A stretch of DNA of 64,000 bases from an uncultured Pseudomonadota bacterium (GCA_963843375.1 CAWJKT010000010.1:96001-160000); one strand, 5' to 3'. Counted from the first letter of the stretch, positions 9,873-21,113 are shown. Program-made: numbers and translations. Notes: generated from the sequence alone by a model not told the origin.

Positions 9873-11018
9873 ATGAGATCACGGGAAGAACTTGAAATAA
9901 TTGAAGAACAAAGCCTGGCCTCGTACGCTCAAAAATCCAGCCGGAGTAAAGGGCGTCAATACCCGGAAGCGGAGCATTCCTATCGAACAGCCTTCCAACG
10001 GGATAGGGATAGAGTCATTCATTCTTCCGCCTTCCGACGCCTTCAATATAAAACCCAGGTGTTCGTCAATCACGAAGGGGATTACTATCGCACAAGAATC
10101 ACCCACACGATGGAAGTCGCCCAGATAGCCCGCTCCATAGCCAGAAGCTTGGGATTAAATCAGGACTTAACTGAGGCCATTGCGCTGGCCCACGACTTGG
10201 GCCACACTCCTTTTGGCCATTCCGGAGAAAAAATCCTTAACGAGATTATGAAAAGTGATGGCGGGTTCGAGCATAACGCTCAAAGTTACCGGATCGTCAC
10301 CCATTTGGAGGACCGTTATCCGGATTTCCGGGGACTGAACCTAACCTATGAGGTCTTGGAGGGGGTGGATAAGCATCGGACAAGGTACGACAGACCGGGC
10401 GGGGATGGGGAACAATATACTCTGGAAGCTCAAATTGTCGATTTGGCCGATGAGATCGCCTATACCTCCCATGATATTGATGACGGACTTACATCGGGTC
10501 TGCTGGATTTCGAGGGACTGAATGAAGTTCCGCTTTGGAAGCGGAACATGGAAAAAGTAAAATCCCGGCACCCTCAACTCAGTAAAGATAAAATCAAATA
10601 TCAAACCGTAAGGTTTTTAATCGACGAACAAGTCACGGATTTGCTGGATGAGACCGTGAAGCGCATTGAAAAATTCAAGGTGCAATCGGTCGATAATGTC
10701 CGGAAATGCTTGGAAGAGTTGGCCTCCTTTTCGAATGATTTTCGCCAACAGTTTCTGGAAATGAAGAGTTATCTTTTTCAACATATGTACCGCCACAACC
10801 GGGTCACTCGGATGGAGGGCAAATCAGCCAAAGTGATTCAGGAACTTTTTAAACTTTATGAATCCGATCCAACGATTCTGCCAACAAATACCCGGGAAAA
10901 AATCAAAAATAAGGCTGAGCCGGTAAGACGCATTATTTGCGATTACATTGCCGGCATGACGGATCGTTTTGCCATCGAGGAATTCGAGAAATTGACCGAG
11001 CCTTCCATCCGGGTTTAA
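9873..11018 (+). CDS. dgt: Deoxyguanosinetriphosphate triphosphohydrolase (HD family)
   Basis: FQRDRDRVIHSSAFRRLQYKTQV, RTRITHT, AHDLGHTPFGHSGE, FEHN, DYIAGMTDRFA. Confidence 0.95.
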   Translation: MRSREELEIIEEQSLASYAQKSSRSKGRQYPEAEHSYRTAFQRDRDRVIHSSAFRRLQYKTQVFVNHEGDYYRTRITHTMEVAQIARSIARSLGLNQDLTEAIALAHDLGHTPFGHSGEKILNEIMKSDGGFEHNAQSYRIVTHLEDRYPDFRGLNLTYEVLEGVDKHRTRYDRPGGDGEQYTLEAQIVDLADEIAYTSHDIDDGLTSGLLDFEGLNEVPLWKRNMEKVKSRHPQLSKDKIKYQTVRFLIDEQVTDLLDETVKRIEKFKVQSVDNVRKCLEELASFSNDFRQQFLEMKSYLFQHMYRHNRVTRMEGKSAKVIQELFKLYESDPTILPTNTREKIKNKAEPVRRIICDYIAGMTDRFAIEEFEKLTEPSIRV

Positions 11019-11037
11019 ACGCTTCTCCCGGGGCCGG

Positions 11038-11067
11038 TTGACAGCCCTCTTTCTTTAACATTAAGAT
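11038..11067 (+). promoter_or_regulatory. Putative sigma70 promoter of the arg operon
   Basis: TTGACA-N18-TAAGAT. Confidence 0.6.
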
Positions 11068-11075
11068 GCCTCCAT

Positions 11076-11118
11076 AAGTCCCCGTAAGCAAAAGGCTCAC
11101 GGGGGCTTTTTCATTTTT
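11076..11118 (+). terminator. Terminator-like hairpin between the arg promoter and argD
   Basis: AAGTCCCCGTAAGC/GCTCACGGGGGCTT 14-bp stem (1 mismatch, 1 GU) running into a TTTTTCATTTTT tract. Confidence 0.75.
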
Positions 11119-11135
11119 GAGCGAGGATCCAGACC

Positions 11136-12339
11136 ATGGAAACATTCCAAATTATCCAAAACGGTGACGATTATCTCCTGCCGGTTTATAACCGGCAAAA
11201 GATTGTCCTCATGCGTGGAGAAGGGGTCCATGTTTATGATTCCGAGAGGATGGTTTACCTCGATTTTTTTTCCGGAATTGCCGTAAACGGCCTGGGACAA
11301 GCCTATCCCGAGGTGGTCAACGCCATTATCGAGGCAACCAAGAAACTGGGACACGTTTCCAACGTTTATTACAACGAAACTAATGTTAAGTTGGCAAAAC
11401 TATTGTGCGAAATTTCCTTTGCCCAAAAAGTATTTTTCTGTAATTCGGGCACGGAAGCGGTCGAGGCTGCCCTCAAACTTTCCCGGAAACATTTCAGGCA
11501 GCAAGGGAAAGATAAATTTGAGATTATTAGTTTTTATCATTCCTTCCATGGAAGAACTTATGGTTCGATTTCAGCCACCGGACAAGTGAAGTACCAGGAG
11601 GGGCTGGAACCGCTCCTGCCGGGTATCAAGTTTGCGACTTTCAACAACATCGAAAGCGTGAAAGGGTTGATCACGGATAAAACGGCCGCCGTCATTATCG
11701 AACCCATTCAATGCGAGGGTGGCATTCAGCCCGCCGACCCGAAGTTCTTAAAAGAATTACGGGACTTGACCAGGGATAAGGGAGTTCTTCTGATTCTGGA
11801 CGAGGTCCAGACGGGTTTGGGCCGGACAGGTAAAATGTGGGCCCACGAACATTACGGGATAGAGCCGGACATGATGGTTTCGGCCAAGGCGCTGGGCGGC
11901 GGGCTTCCCATGGGGGCTCTTTTAGTGACCAATCAAGTTAGCCATGGTTTCAAACCGGGAGACCACGCTTCCACTTTCGGCGGAAACCCTATTGTCAGTG
12001 CGGCGTCCATCGCCACCATTGAAGCCATCCTTATGAAAGACTTGGTGACTCATGCGGCTAAAATGGGAGAAAAATTAAAACAAGGGCTGGAAGGTATCCA
12101 AAGGGAATATCCCAACCTCTTCACCGAAGTAAGGGGTATCGGATTGGTCCTTGGAATGGAAATGACGCCGAAAGGCCGCCACGCTGGTTTCCCATTGCGC
12201 CAAATACGGGTTATTAGTTGGTTCAGCCCATGAAAATGTCCTGCGATTTTTGCCTCCGCTTATTATCACCCAGTCGGATATTGACCAGGCATTGGACAAA
12301 CTGAAAAAAGCCATCACTGACGATCTTAAGTCAGTCTAA
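11136..12339 (+). CDS. argD: Acetylornithine aminotransferase (frameshift near the C-terminus, ~12170-12200)
   Basis: [40 protein letters not shown]. The C-terminus [11 protein letters not shown] (12339) is in another frame. Confidence 0.9.
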
Positions 12340-12348
12340 GGACACTCC

Positions 12349-13284
12349 ATGGCCACTTTTCCCAAACACTTATTAACGTTAATGGAATTATCCCCAGGGG
12401 AAGTTTCGGATCTTCTGAATCTGGCGGCCAAAATCAAGAGGACACCAGATCAGTACTCCGAAACCCTGAAGGGCCAATGCCTGGCCATGATATTCGAAAA
12501 AAGCTCAACCCGGACGCGGGTTTCCTTTGAGACTGGAATGGTCCAACTGGGCGGTCACGCCCTCTTCATGAACAAGCAGGATCTTCACCTCGGCAAGAGC
12601 GAAACTGTGGCGGATACCGCCAGGGTCCTTTCGCGTTTCGTGCAGGGGATCATGATCCGGACTTTCGATCAAGAAACTGTTGAGGAACTGGCCCGGTTTT
12701 CGACTGTTCCCGTCATCAACGGATTGAGCGACAGCCACCATCCTTGTCAGGCGCTCGCGGATTTGCAGACCATCCAGGAACACTTCAAGAAATTGAAGGG
12801 TCTTCAAATCGTATTTATCGGAGACGGCAACAACGTCGCACATAGCCTAATGGTGGGTTCGGCCAAAACAGGGATTCATTTTAAATTAGTCTGTCCCGTG
12901 GGCTATGAACCCGATTCTTCGATCCTGGCTTATTCCCAAAAAGAAGGGAAAAAAAGCGGAAGCCGGATAGAAGTGACTCATCAGGTTCAAGGGTCGGTTC
13001 AAGGGTCGGATGTGGTTTATACCGATGTTTGGACCAGCATGGGACAGGAAACCGAAAAAGCGAAAAGACTTAAAGATTTCAAAAATTTTCAAATCAACGA
13101 AAAACTTATGGCCCAATCTCCGAAAGCCATCTTCTTGCATTGTTTACCAGCCCACCGTGGGGAGGAAGTGAGCGCCGGGGTGATGGATGGAAAACAATCG
13201 AGGGTTTGGGACGAGGCTGAAAACCGACTTCATGCCCAAAAGGCCTTGCTGGTGACTTTGATGGGTAAAAGAGGAAAAAAATGA
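12349..13284 (+). CDS. argF: Ornithine carbamoyltransferase
   Basis: STRTRVSF, HPCQALAD, DVWTSMGQE, HCLPAHRGEE. Confidence 0.97.
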   Translation: MATFPKHLLTLMELSPGEVSDLLNLAAKIKRTPDQYSETLKGQCLAMIFEKSSTRTRVSFETGMVQLGGHALFMNKQDLHLGKSETVADTARVLSRFVQGIMIRTFDQETVEELARFSTVPVINGLSDSHHPCQALADLQTIQEHFKKLKGLQIVFIGDGNNVAHSLMVGSAKTGIHFKLVCPVGYEPDSSILAYSQKEGKKSGSRIEVTHQVQGSVQGSDVVYTDVWTSMGQETEKAKRLKDFKNFQINEKLMAQSPKAIFLHCLPAHRGEEVSAGVMDGKQSRVWDEAENRLHAQKALLVTLMGKRGKK

Positions 13285-14492
13285 GATCGCATATTAAAAA
13301 AGTAGTTCTTGCTTATTCCGGGGGGCTCGATACTTCCGTTATTATTCCTTGGCTAAAGGAAAATTATCGCTGCGAAGTGGTAGCTTTTATTTCTGACGTT
13401 GGGCAAGGAAAGGAAGTGGGCCCCGCTCGGGCCAAAGCTTTACGAACGGGAGCCATCAAGGCCATCGTAAAGGACCAGAGAAAAGAATTCTTGGAGGATT
13501 ATTGTTTTCCGGCACTGCGGGCGCAAGCCAAATACGAGGGAACCTATTTGTTGGGAACTTCGCTGGCAAGACCGGTTATTGCCAAAGGCATGGTGGAAAC
13601 AGCCTTAAAAGAGGGAGCCGATGCCATTGCTCATGGAGCCACCGGCAAAGGGAATGACCAGGTCCGGTTTGAACTGGCCGTGATGGCTTTGGCCCCACAC
13701 CTGAAGATCATCGCTCCATGGAGGGAATGGGAAATCAAATCCCGGGAAGACGCCATTGATTACGCCCAGAAACATGGTGTGGAAGTACCGGTGACTAAAA
13801 AAAGGCCCTATTCGATGGATGGGAATCTTTGGCACCTAAGCCATGAAGGCGGGGAATTAGAAGATCCCTGGAACGCTCCATCCAAACATGTTTATTTGAA
13901 TACCAAGGAACCCGCTTTGGCGTCGAAGAAGCCGCTGAATCTAATCGTTAGTTTTAAAAACGGTATACCCGTTGGGTTGAACGGAAAGAAGGTCGGTGCA
14001 GTCGCTTTGGTGGAAAAGATGAATAAATTCGCTGCAAGCTATGGAATTGGCCGAATTGATATCGTCGAAAACAGGCTGGTTGGGATGAAAAGCAGAGGCG
14101 TTTATGAGTCTCCCGGCGCGACGGTTCTTTATGAAGCCCATCGGGCCTTGCAAAGCCTAACGGTGGAAAGGGAAATACTCCATCACAGCCAGGTCATGTC
14201 GGTTAAATACGCGGATCTCATCTATAACGGCCAATGGTTTTCGCCTTTACGAGACGCCTTGGAAGCTTATTATCGTGAAATGCAGAAAAACGTAACGGGA
14301 GATGTCCGGGTGGAACTGAATCCGGGAAGGGTTATGGCCACCGGCGCCCGCTCGCCTTATTCCCTTTATCAACAAGACCTGGCAACTTTTGGGGAGGACG
14401 CGGTTTATGACCAACGGGATGCAGAAGGATTCATCCATTTGTTCGGACTGCCACTGATGGTAGTAGGAACTGTGAAAAGGAAGAACAAATGA
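13281..14492 (+). CDS. argG: Argininosuccinate synthase
   Basis: LAYSGGLDTS, HGATGKGNDQVRFE, ENRLVGMKSRGVYE. Confidence 0.98.
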   Translation: MRSHIKKVVLAYSGGLDTSVIIPWLKENYRCEVVAFISDVGQGKEVGPARAKALRTGAIKAIVKDQRKEFLEDYCFPALRAQAKYEGTYLLGTSLARPVIAKGMVETALKEGADAIAHGATGKGNDQVRFELAVMALAPHLKIIAPWREWEIKSREDAIDYAQKHGVEVPVTKKRPYSMDGNLWHLSHEGGELEDPWNAPSKHVYLNTKEPALASKKPLNLIVSFKNGIPVGLNGKKVGAVALVEKMNKFAASYGIGRIDIVENRLVGMKSRGVYESPGATVLYEAHRALQSLTVEREILHHSQVMSVKYADLIYNGQWFSPLRDALEAYYREMQKNVTGDVRVELNPGRVMATGARSPYSLYQQDLATFGEDAVYDQRDAEGFIHLFGLPLMVVGTVKRKNK

Positions 14493-15889
14493 AGAAGACG
14501 TGGGGAGGGAGATTCCGAAAATCAACCAACCCTCAGGTCGAGGCATTCACCGAGTCAATTTCGTTTGACCAGCGGTTGGCGTCTTTTGACATTGAGGGAA
14601 GCTTGGCTCATGTCCAAACCCTAGTCAAGGCGAGGCTTTTAAAACCCTCCGAGGGAAAAAAGTTGTCAACCGGTCTCCAAAAAGTGAAAAAACTCCTCAA
14701 GGCCAGAAAACTACCAATGGATTCCAGCCAAGAGGATATTCACACGGCTATCGAGAGTGCCCTTACCCGGATCGTGGGACCTTTAGGGGGAAAACTTCAT
14801 ACCGGACGATCCCGCAACGATCAGGTGGCAACGGATTTACGCCTTTATTTGCGTCATGCGGTTAATGAAGCGGTACAAGCTGGCATTGAATTGTTGGAAC
14901 TCTTGACGAGGCTGGCGGTTGAAGAAAAAGACACTCTTATGCCGGGTTATACCCATCTTCAAAGGGCCATGCCTGTTACTTTAGGCCATCATCTGGCCGC
15001 TTATGCCTTCATGGTGACCCGGGACATGGACCGGTTTCTTGTCACTTGGGACAGGGCTAACTCTTTGCCTTTGGGTTCGGGCGCTTTGGCGGGAACCAAC
15101 CACCCTTTCGACCGTCTGCAAACGGCCAAACTACTCCGATTGAAATCGGTCGTTCAGAATAGCCTGGATGCGGTTTCCGACAGGGATTCTTACGTGGACT
15201 TTCTTTCGGCCGCCGCCATTACACAGATGCACCTTTCAAGATTTTCGGAAGACTTGATTCTATGGGCCAGCACCGAATTCGGCTTTATCGAAATGGACGA
15301 TGCATTTTCGACCGGTTCCAGTTTGATGCCCCAGAAGAAAAATCCGGATGTGGCGGAACTTGTCAGGGGCAAGGCGGGTCGGACGATCGCAAACCTGACC
15401 GGGCTTTTAGCGGTATTAAAAGGTTTGCCTTTGTCCTATAACCGGGATTTGCAGGAAGATAAACATTTTGTTTTCGATTCGGCGGATACGGTTGTGGCAT
15501 CGTTGAAAACCATGGCCGGATTTTTGGCCTCGGTAAAATTCAATCGGGAAAAAATGGGTCAAAAAGCCGATGAGGATTTGACACTTTTGGCGACGGATTT
15601 AGCAGATGTTTTGGTTTCTCAGGGCATGCCCTTCCGCCGTGCTCACGAGGCTGTGGGTCTAGTCGTTAATTACTGCCTGGAACATGGAAAGCGAATCCAG
15701 GATTTAAACGATCAAATCCTACGAAAGTTTTCCGATTTGTTTCCCAGGGGAACCGCCGAAAATCTTTCGGTGAATCATTCCGTCAATCAGAAAAAGACGG
15801 TCGGTGGGACATCACCGCAAAACGTCGTGAAACAATCTGTTTTGTTAAAAAATGAAATCACTAAAATAAAAAAAAGATTACCCCTTTGA
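14489..15889 (+). CDS. argH: Argininosuccinate lyase
   Basis: WGGRF, HTGRSRNDQVATD, GSSLMPQKKNPD, YNRDLQEDK. Confidence 0.98.
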   Translation: MKKTWGGRFRKSTNPQVEAFTESISFDQRLASFDIEGSLAHVQTLVKARLLKPSEGKKLSTGLQKVKKLLKARKLPMDSSQEDIHTAIESALTRIVGPLGGKLHTGRSRNDQVATDLRLYLRHAVNEAVQAGIELLELLTRLAVEEKDTLMPGYTHLQRAMPVTLGHHLAAYAFMVTRDMDRFLVTWDRANSLPLGSGALAGTNHPFDRLQTAKLLRLKSVVQNSLDAVSDRDSYVDFLSAAAITQMHLSRFSEDLILWASTEFGFIEMDDAFSTGSSLMPQKKNPDVAELVRGKAGRTIANLTGLLAVLKGLPLSYNRDLQEDKHFVFDSADTVVASLKTMAGFLASVKFNREKMGQKADEDLTLLATDLADVLVSQGMPFRRAHEAVGLVVNYCLEHGKRIQDLNDQILRKFSDLFPRGTAENLSVNHSVNQKKTVGGTSPQNVVKQSVLLKNEITKIKKRLPL

Positions 15890-15896
15890 GGAATTC

Positions 15897-17145
15897 ATGA
15901 CCGGGTTTCATTTAAAAAATAACCACTGGTGTTCCGATGGAGTTATTCTTTCCACAATCGCGGAAAAAGTTGGAACGCCCTGCTATGTCTACAGCCTTCC
16001 GGCTTTTGAGGAAAGGTATCGGGAAATTGATCAGGCTTACCGATCCGTGCCTCATTTGGTGGCTTATTCCATGAAGGCCAACGGAAACCTGTCGGTTGTA
16101 AGCGCATTGGCCAAATTGGGGTCTGGGACCGACGTGGTTTCAGGGGGGGAATTGTTTAAAGCCCGCAAGGCGGGGGTTGCACCCAATAAGATCATCTTTG
16201 CGGGTGTTGGCAAGACCGATCGACGAAATCGCTTATGGATTAAAAGAAGGCATTAGGTATTTCAATGTGGAATCCATTCCGGAAATCTTGGCCATCAACG
16301 ATGTAGCACATAAAATGAAAAAAATCGCGCCGATTGCCATTCGCTTTAATCCGGACGTCGATCCTAAAACCCACCATTACATTACGACCGGTAAAAAAGA
16401 GACTAAGTTTGGGGTTTATCTGGGTGATGTGGAAAAAGTCATAGAAGTTGTCCGCCAATGCCGGTGGGTTCATTGGACGGGTGTTCATGCTCATATCGGA
16501 AGCCAAATGACTCAAACCGGGTCGGTGGGCAAAGCCGCTAAAGTCATTGAAAAACTGGTCCTCCAACTTCGGCGGGAGGGTTTTCCCATCCATACCGTGA
16601 ATTTAGGAGGCGGTTATGGAATTGATTACGAAGGCGAAAAGCCGCCCAAACCCTCCCAATACGCCGCCTTGGTTTTGCCAGTCATCAAGCGTTTGAATGC
16701 CACCCTGGTTTTGGAACCGGGCCGGTATATCTCTGGCAATTCAGGTGTGCTTTTAACCCGTGTCACCTATGTGAAACAAAGCGGGACTAAAACTTTCTAC
16801 ATTGTCGATGCGGGAATGGGGGAACTCATTCGTCCATCTCTCTACGAGGCTTACCACCGAATTGCCCCGGCCATAGGCTCTCAAAAACCCGTTCAAAAGG
16901 TGGATGTGGTAGGCCCCATTTGCGAATCGGGTGACTTTTTCGCCAAGGACCGGCGACTTGCGGCGATGCAACGCGGGGATTTAATGGTTATTTTCTCCGC
17001 CGGGGCGTACGGCAGCGTGATGGGTAGTACCTATAACGCCCGTCCATTGCCGCCGGAAGTCGTCGTTCGAGGTTCCCGATTCCATGTGGCTCGCCAGAGA
17101 CAAACTTGGCAGGATTTGGTCCGTTCGGAAAAAATTCTGTCCTAA
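15897..17145 (+). CDS. lysA: Diaminopimelate decarboxylase (frameshift ~16220)
   Basis: YSMKAN, DVVSGGEL, HAHIGSQ, LEPGRY, GPICESGD, GAYG across two frames. Confidence 0.93.
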
Positions 17146-17166
17146 GCCGGGTTTCAGAAAGTTCAC

Positions 17167-17240
17167 TTGCGATAGCGGGAAAAATTCCCTAATATAACTT
17201 TCACACAACTCCAACCCCCAATCGGGGGTTTTGTTATTTT
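17167..17240 (+). promoter_or_regulatory. Putative promoter followed by a terminator-like hairpin upstream of dapA
   Basis: TTGCGA-N17-TAATAT, then AACCCCC-AATC-GGGGGTT followed by TTGTTATTTT. Confidence 0.5.
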
Positions 17241-17263
17241 GGGACAAAGGACCGGTAAATCGA

Positions 17264-18160
17264 ATGTTTCGTGGAGCTTATACCGCGCTGGTGACGCCAT
17301 TTAAAAATGGACAGGTGGATTATGGAGCCCTTGAGGCTTTGATTGAAAACCAAATATCAAAAGGTATTGACGGTCTTGTGCCGTGCGGCACGACGGGGGA
17401 ATCCCCCACACTGACGGAAAAAGAACACGGGGAAGTTATTGCCTTTACGGTAAAGACTTCCCGGGGAAGGCTTCCAGTGATCGCTGGAACCGGCTCAAAC
17501 GCCACTGCGGAAGCCATTCAACTCTCTCGGCACGCTAAAGAAGTTGGCGCTGACGCGGTTTTATTGGTTTGCCCCTATTACAACAAACCCAGCCAAAGAG
17601 GCCTCATCGCTCATTTCACCGCCATTGCGGATGCGGTGGTTATTCCCCAAATTCTTTACAACATCCCTGGGAGGTCGGTGATCAACATGACTCCTGAAAC
17701 TATTTTCGAACTTTCAAGGCATCCAAACATCGTCGGCGTCAAGGAAGCCAGTGGTAACTTGGAACAAATGACCCGGATAAGAAGTCTTTGTGCCCCCGAT
17801 TTTTCCCTCATCTCGGGGGATGATACTCTCACCCTTCCCGTTCTGTCGGTTGGAGGCACAGGAGTCATATCGGTGACATCCCATATAATCCCGCAGGAAA
17901 CTTCCCGAATCGTGCATTCCTATCTTGAGGGAAAAACCGACGAGTCCCGTGACCTTTTTATGAAATATTTTGATTTGGTTAAAACGATTGTTACCGCCGA
18001 TGTGAATCCGGTTGGAATCAAAACAGCTCTGGCCCTCCGGGGACAGGTGGCCGAGGAATTCCGGCTTCCCCTGGTTCCCGCATCCCCCGATGCCAAGGAA
18101 ACCATCCGCAAGCAATTGGACCGTCATGGATTATTGGCGCCTGCTGGGCAGCGCCGATGA
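17264..18160 (+). CDS. dapA: 4-hydroxy-tetrahydrodipicolinate synthase
   Basis: TALVTPF, CGTTGESPTL, YNIPGRS, GVKEASG, SGDD. Confidence 0.97.
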   Translation: MFRGAYTALVTPFKNGQVDYGALEALIENQISKGIDGLVPCGTTGESPTLTEKEHGEVIAFTVKTSRGRLPVIAGTGSNATAEAIQLSRHAKEVGADAVLLVCPYYNKPSQRGLIAHFTAIADAVVIPQILYNIPGRSVINMTPETIFELSRHPNIVGVKEASGNLEQMTRIRSLCAPDFSLISGDDTLTLPVLSVGGTGVISVTSHIIPQETSRIVHSYLEGKTDESRDLFMKYFDLVKTIVTADVNPVGIKTALALRGQVAEEFRLPLVPASPDAKETIRKQLDRHGLLAPAGQRR

Positions 18161-18975
18161 GTGTGCGCTTAGCCGTATCCGGTGCTACGGGCCGGATGGG
18201 CCATACAATCCTTGAATTGGTTTCCAAAGACCCCCAATTTGAAATTACCGGTGCGTTAGAATCAAGTTCCCATGCGGCAGTTGGCAAAAGCCTGTCGGAA
18301 GTTTTGCCTTCCCTGGGAACGGGGTTTAAAGTCTCGGTAAATTCGGCCATTTCCCGATTGAATCCCAAACCCCAGGTTCTGATCGATTTCACCCAACCGG
18401 CGGCAACCTTGGGTTATTTAAAAGAGGCGGCGGCTTCCGGTATCGGATTGGTGATTGGAACCACTGGTTTTTCGTACCCCGAAAAAAAATTAATTCATGA
18501 TGCCGCTAATACCATTCCAATAGTTATGTCCTCCAACATGAGCGTCGGCATGAACCTGCTTTTTGCCCTGGTGGAAGAAGCGGCGGCCAAACTGGGTCAA
18601 GATTACGATGTGGAAATCGTGGAAGCCCACCATCATTTCAAAAAAGACGCGCCTTCCGGTTCGGCTTTAAGCCTAGGGGAATCAGTAGCCCGTGCCTGGA
18701 AAGTGAACCTAAAGGATGTCGCCACCCATGGCAGGGAAGGGCAGGTTGGGGAACGAAAAAAAGGAACCATTGGTTTTCATGCGGTCCGGGGCGGTGATAT
18801 TGTGGGTGACCATACCGTCCTTTACGCGGGCCAGGGCGAACGATTGGAATTGACACATCGGGCCAGTAGCCGGGAAGCTTTTGCGAGGGGAGCCTTAAAA
18901 GCGGCCCTGTTCCTTTCCACTAAAAGTAATGGATTTTATGACATGTTTGACGTCCTCAGTTTACGTAGTAAATAA
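18157..18975 (+). CDS. dapB: 4-hydroxy-tetrahydrodipicolinate reductase
   Basis: GATGRMG, IGTTG, EAHHHFKKDAPSGSA, RGGDIVGDH. Confidence 0.97.
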   Translation: MSVRLAVSGATGRMGHTILELVSKDPQFEITGALESSSHAAVGKSLSEVLPSLGTGFKVSVNSAISRLNPKPQVLIDFTQPAATLGYLKEAAASGIGLVIGTTGFSYPEKKLIHDAANTIPIVMSSNMSVGMNLLFALVEEAAAKLGQDYDVEIVEAHHHFKKDAPSGSALSLGESVARAWKVNLKDVATHGREGQVGERKKGTIGFHAVRGGDIVGDHTVLYAGQGERLELTHRASSREAFARGALKAALFLSTKSNGFYDMFDVLSLRSK

Positions 18976-19078
18976 ATTTGAACCGCCAAGTTCACCTAAA
19001 AAGACAACGAAATTGTTCCAAACAAGTTAGGGATTTATTTTAACTTGTTGACCCTGGCGGCAAAAGATTAGGTTCTTC

Positions 19079-19846
19079 GTGAGAATCTCGCGACTTCTTC
19101 ATAACGGCAAACCCCGCTGGGCCATGATGCTGGAATCCGGGGACACTTACCGTCTTTTTCATTCCGACGAACCCTGGAACGACCAGACTTTTGACCCCAA
19201 ATCCTATCCGGTTCATTCCGAAAACCTTTTGGCTCCTGCCCTTCCAAGTAAAATTGTCGCCGTGGGTCTGAATTATCGCGACCACATTCAGGAAATGAAA
19301 CATGAGGACCACAAGGAGCCGGTTCTTTTCCTGAAACCACCCTCCGCTTTGTTGAAACCGGAAGGTAAAATCCTGTATCCTCCCTCATCTTCACGCGTAG
19401 ATTACGAGGCCGAATTGGCTGTTGTGCTGAAAAGCCGCTTGCGTAAAGCTGGCCCCAAAGAAGCCCTGGAAGCCGTTTGGGGATTCACCTGTTGCAATGA
19501 CGTGACGGCCCGGGATTTGCAGAAAACGGACGGTCAGTGGACAAGGGCCAAGGGGTTCGACAGCTTTTGTCCCCTGGGTCCCTGGCTGGTAACGGATTTT
19601 TTGGAGAAAAACCAAAAAATATTATGCCGGGTAAATGGGGAAACAAAACAATCCGCGAAGATTTCCATGAGGATTTGGAACACGGCTGAATTACTTTCTT
19701 TTGTTTCAAAAGTCATGACCTTGGAACCCTTGGATGTCTTGACTACGGGAACCCCTTCCGGGATTGGGCCCGTAAATCCGGGGGATATCGTTGAAGTTGA
19801 AGTAGAAGGAATTGGCATTCTACGAAATCAAGTTGCAGCTATTTAG
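19079..19846 (+). CDS. Fumarylacetoacetate hydrolase family protein
   Basis: SKIVAVGLNY, DYEAELAVV, NDVTARDLQ..WTRAKGFD, TGTPSGIG. Confidence 0.93.
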   Translation: MRISRLLHNGKPRWAMMLESGDTYRLFHSDEPWNDQTFDPKSYPVHSENLLAPALPSKIVAVGLNYRDHIQEMKHEDHKEPVLFLKPPSALLKPEGKILYPPSSSRVDYEAELAVVLKSRLRKAGPKEALEAVWGFTCCNDVTARDLQKTDGQWTRAKGFDSFCPLGPWLVTDFLEKNQKILCRVNGETKQSAKISMRIWNTAELLSFVSKVMTLEPLDVLTTGTPSGIGPVNPGDIVEVEVEGIGILRNQVAAI

Positions 19847-19860
19847 ACGCGGAGGAACAA

Positions 19861-21027
19861 ATGGATTTCCCACAAGCCGAACGGATGAAAAAATTTCCAC
19901 CTTATCTTTTTATCGAAATGGATAAAAAGAAAAAAGCGGCCATCGAAAAAGGCGTGGACATCATAAGCCTGGCCATAGGCGACCCCGATTTGGCCACTCC
20001 CGATTTCATTGTGGAGGCCCTTTACAAAGCCGCCAAAGACAAGGCCAACCACCAGTATCCGCTAGGGCCGGGGCTACCCAAGTTTCGCGAGGCCGTGGCC
20101 TATTGGTATGACCGCCGCTTTGGGGTCAAGCTTGACTGGAAAGATGAAGTGGTGGCCTTGATTGGCTCCAAGGAAGGAATTGGTCATCTTCCAATTGGGA
20201 TCATCAACCCCGGGGATGTGGTTCTCATGCCTTCGCCTGGATATCCGGTTTATCATGCGGGAACACTTTTTGCTGGAGGTGAATCTTATTTCATGCCGCT
20301 TTTGGAAAAGAACAATTTTTTACCCGATTTGGACGCCATTCCGACTGGATGTTCTCAAAAGAGCTAAACTGATTTGGACCAATTCGCCCAATAATCCCAC
20401 TGCTGTCCTCGCGGGAAAGGATTTTTTCACCAAAGTGATTGCATTCGCCCAAAAACATCAATCTCATCGTGGCCAACGACGCCGCTTATACCGAAATCTA
20501 TTACGACGGGGAAAAAGCCGATCAGTTTCCTGGAACTTCCGGGTGCCAAGGAAGTCGGTGTGGAATTTCATTCCCTTTCGAAAACTTTCAATATGACCGG
20601 TTGGCGTGTGGGTTTTGCCGTGGGAAACAAAAGCGTCGTGAAGGCTCTGGCCGATGTGAAAGGAAACCTAGATTCGGGTGTTTTCAACCCCGTCCAATAC
20701 GCGGGAATTGCGGCCTTGGAAGCGCCCGATTCGGTCACGGAAAATATTCGTAAAATCTACCAGGAACGCCGGGATATTTTTGCCGCGGGTTTGAAAAAAC
20801 TGGGATGGCAATTCCATGTTCCCAAAGCCGCTTTTTACTTCTGGGTCAAGGTGCCAAACGGCATGACTTCCGCCGATTGGTGCGGAAAGGTATTGGAAGA
20901 GGCTGGAATCGTAGTCACACCGGGCAACGGATTTGGCAAGGAAGGCGAAGGCTATTTCCGCATGACCATTACGGTGGATAAAGCCCGCCTGGAAGAAGCG
21001 ATACAAAGACTAGGAAAACTCAAATAA
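19861..21027 (+). CDS. dapL: LL-diaminopimelate aminotransferase-type class I PLP enzyme (frameshifts at ~20345-20530)
   Basis: IGDPD, IGSKEGIGH, PNNPT, DAAYTEI, EFHSLSKTFNMTGWRVG, PGNGFG. Lies in dap gene context. Confidence 0.8.
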
Positions 21028-21113
21028 GATGACGGTCGGTTGTTGATAAGGCCATTAGTTATCTATAATCCTCTGCACCAACCGTCTACCAGCGGCTAAA
21101 AGCTGGGAATTAA

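Noticed and set aside
21030..21100. GACGGTCGGT...ACCAACCGTC inverted repeat between dapL and folK
   Set aside because: Single copy, short arms and a long loop; no family or function is supportable.
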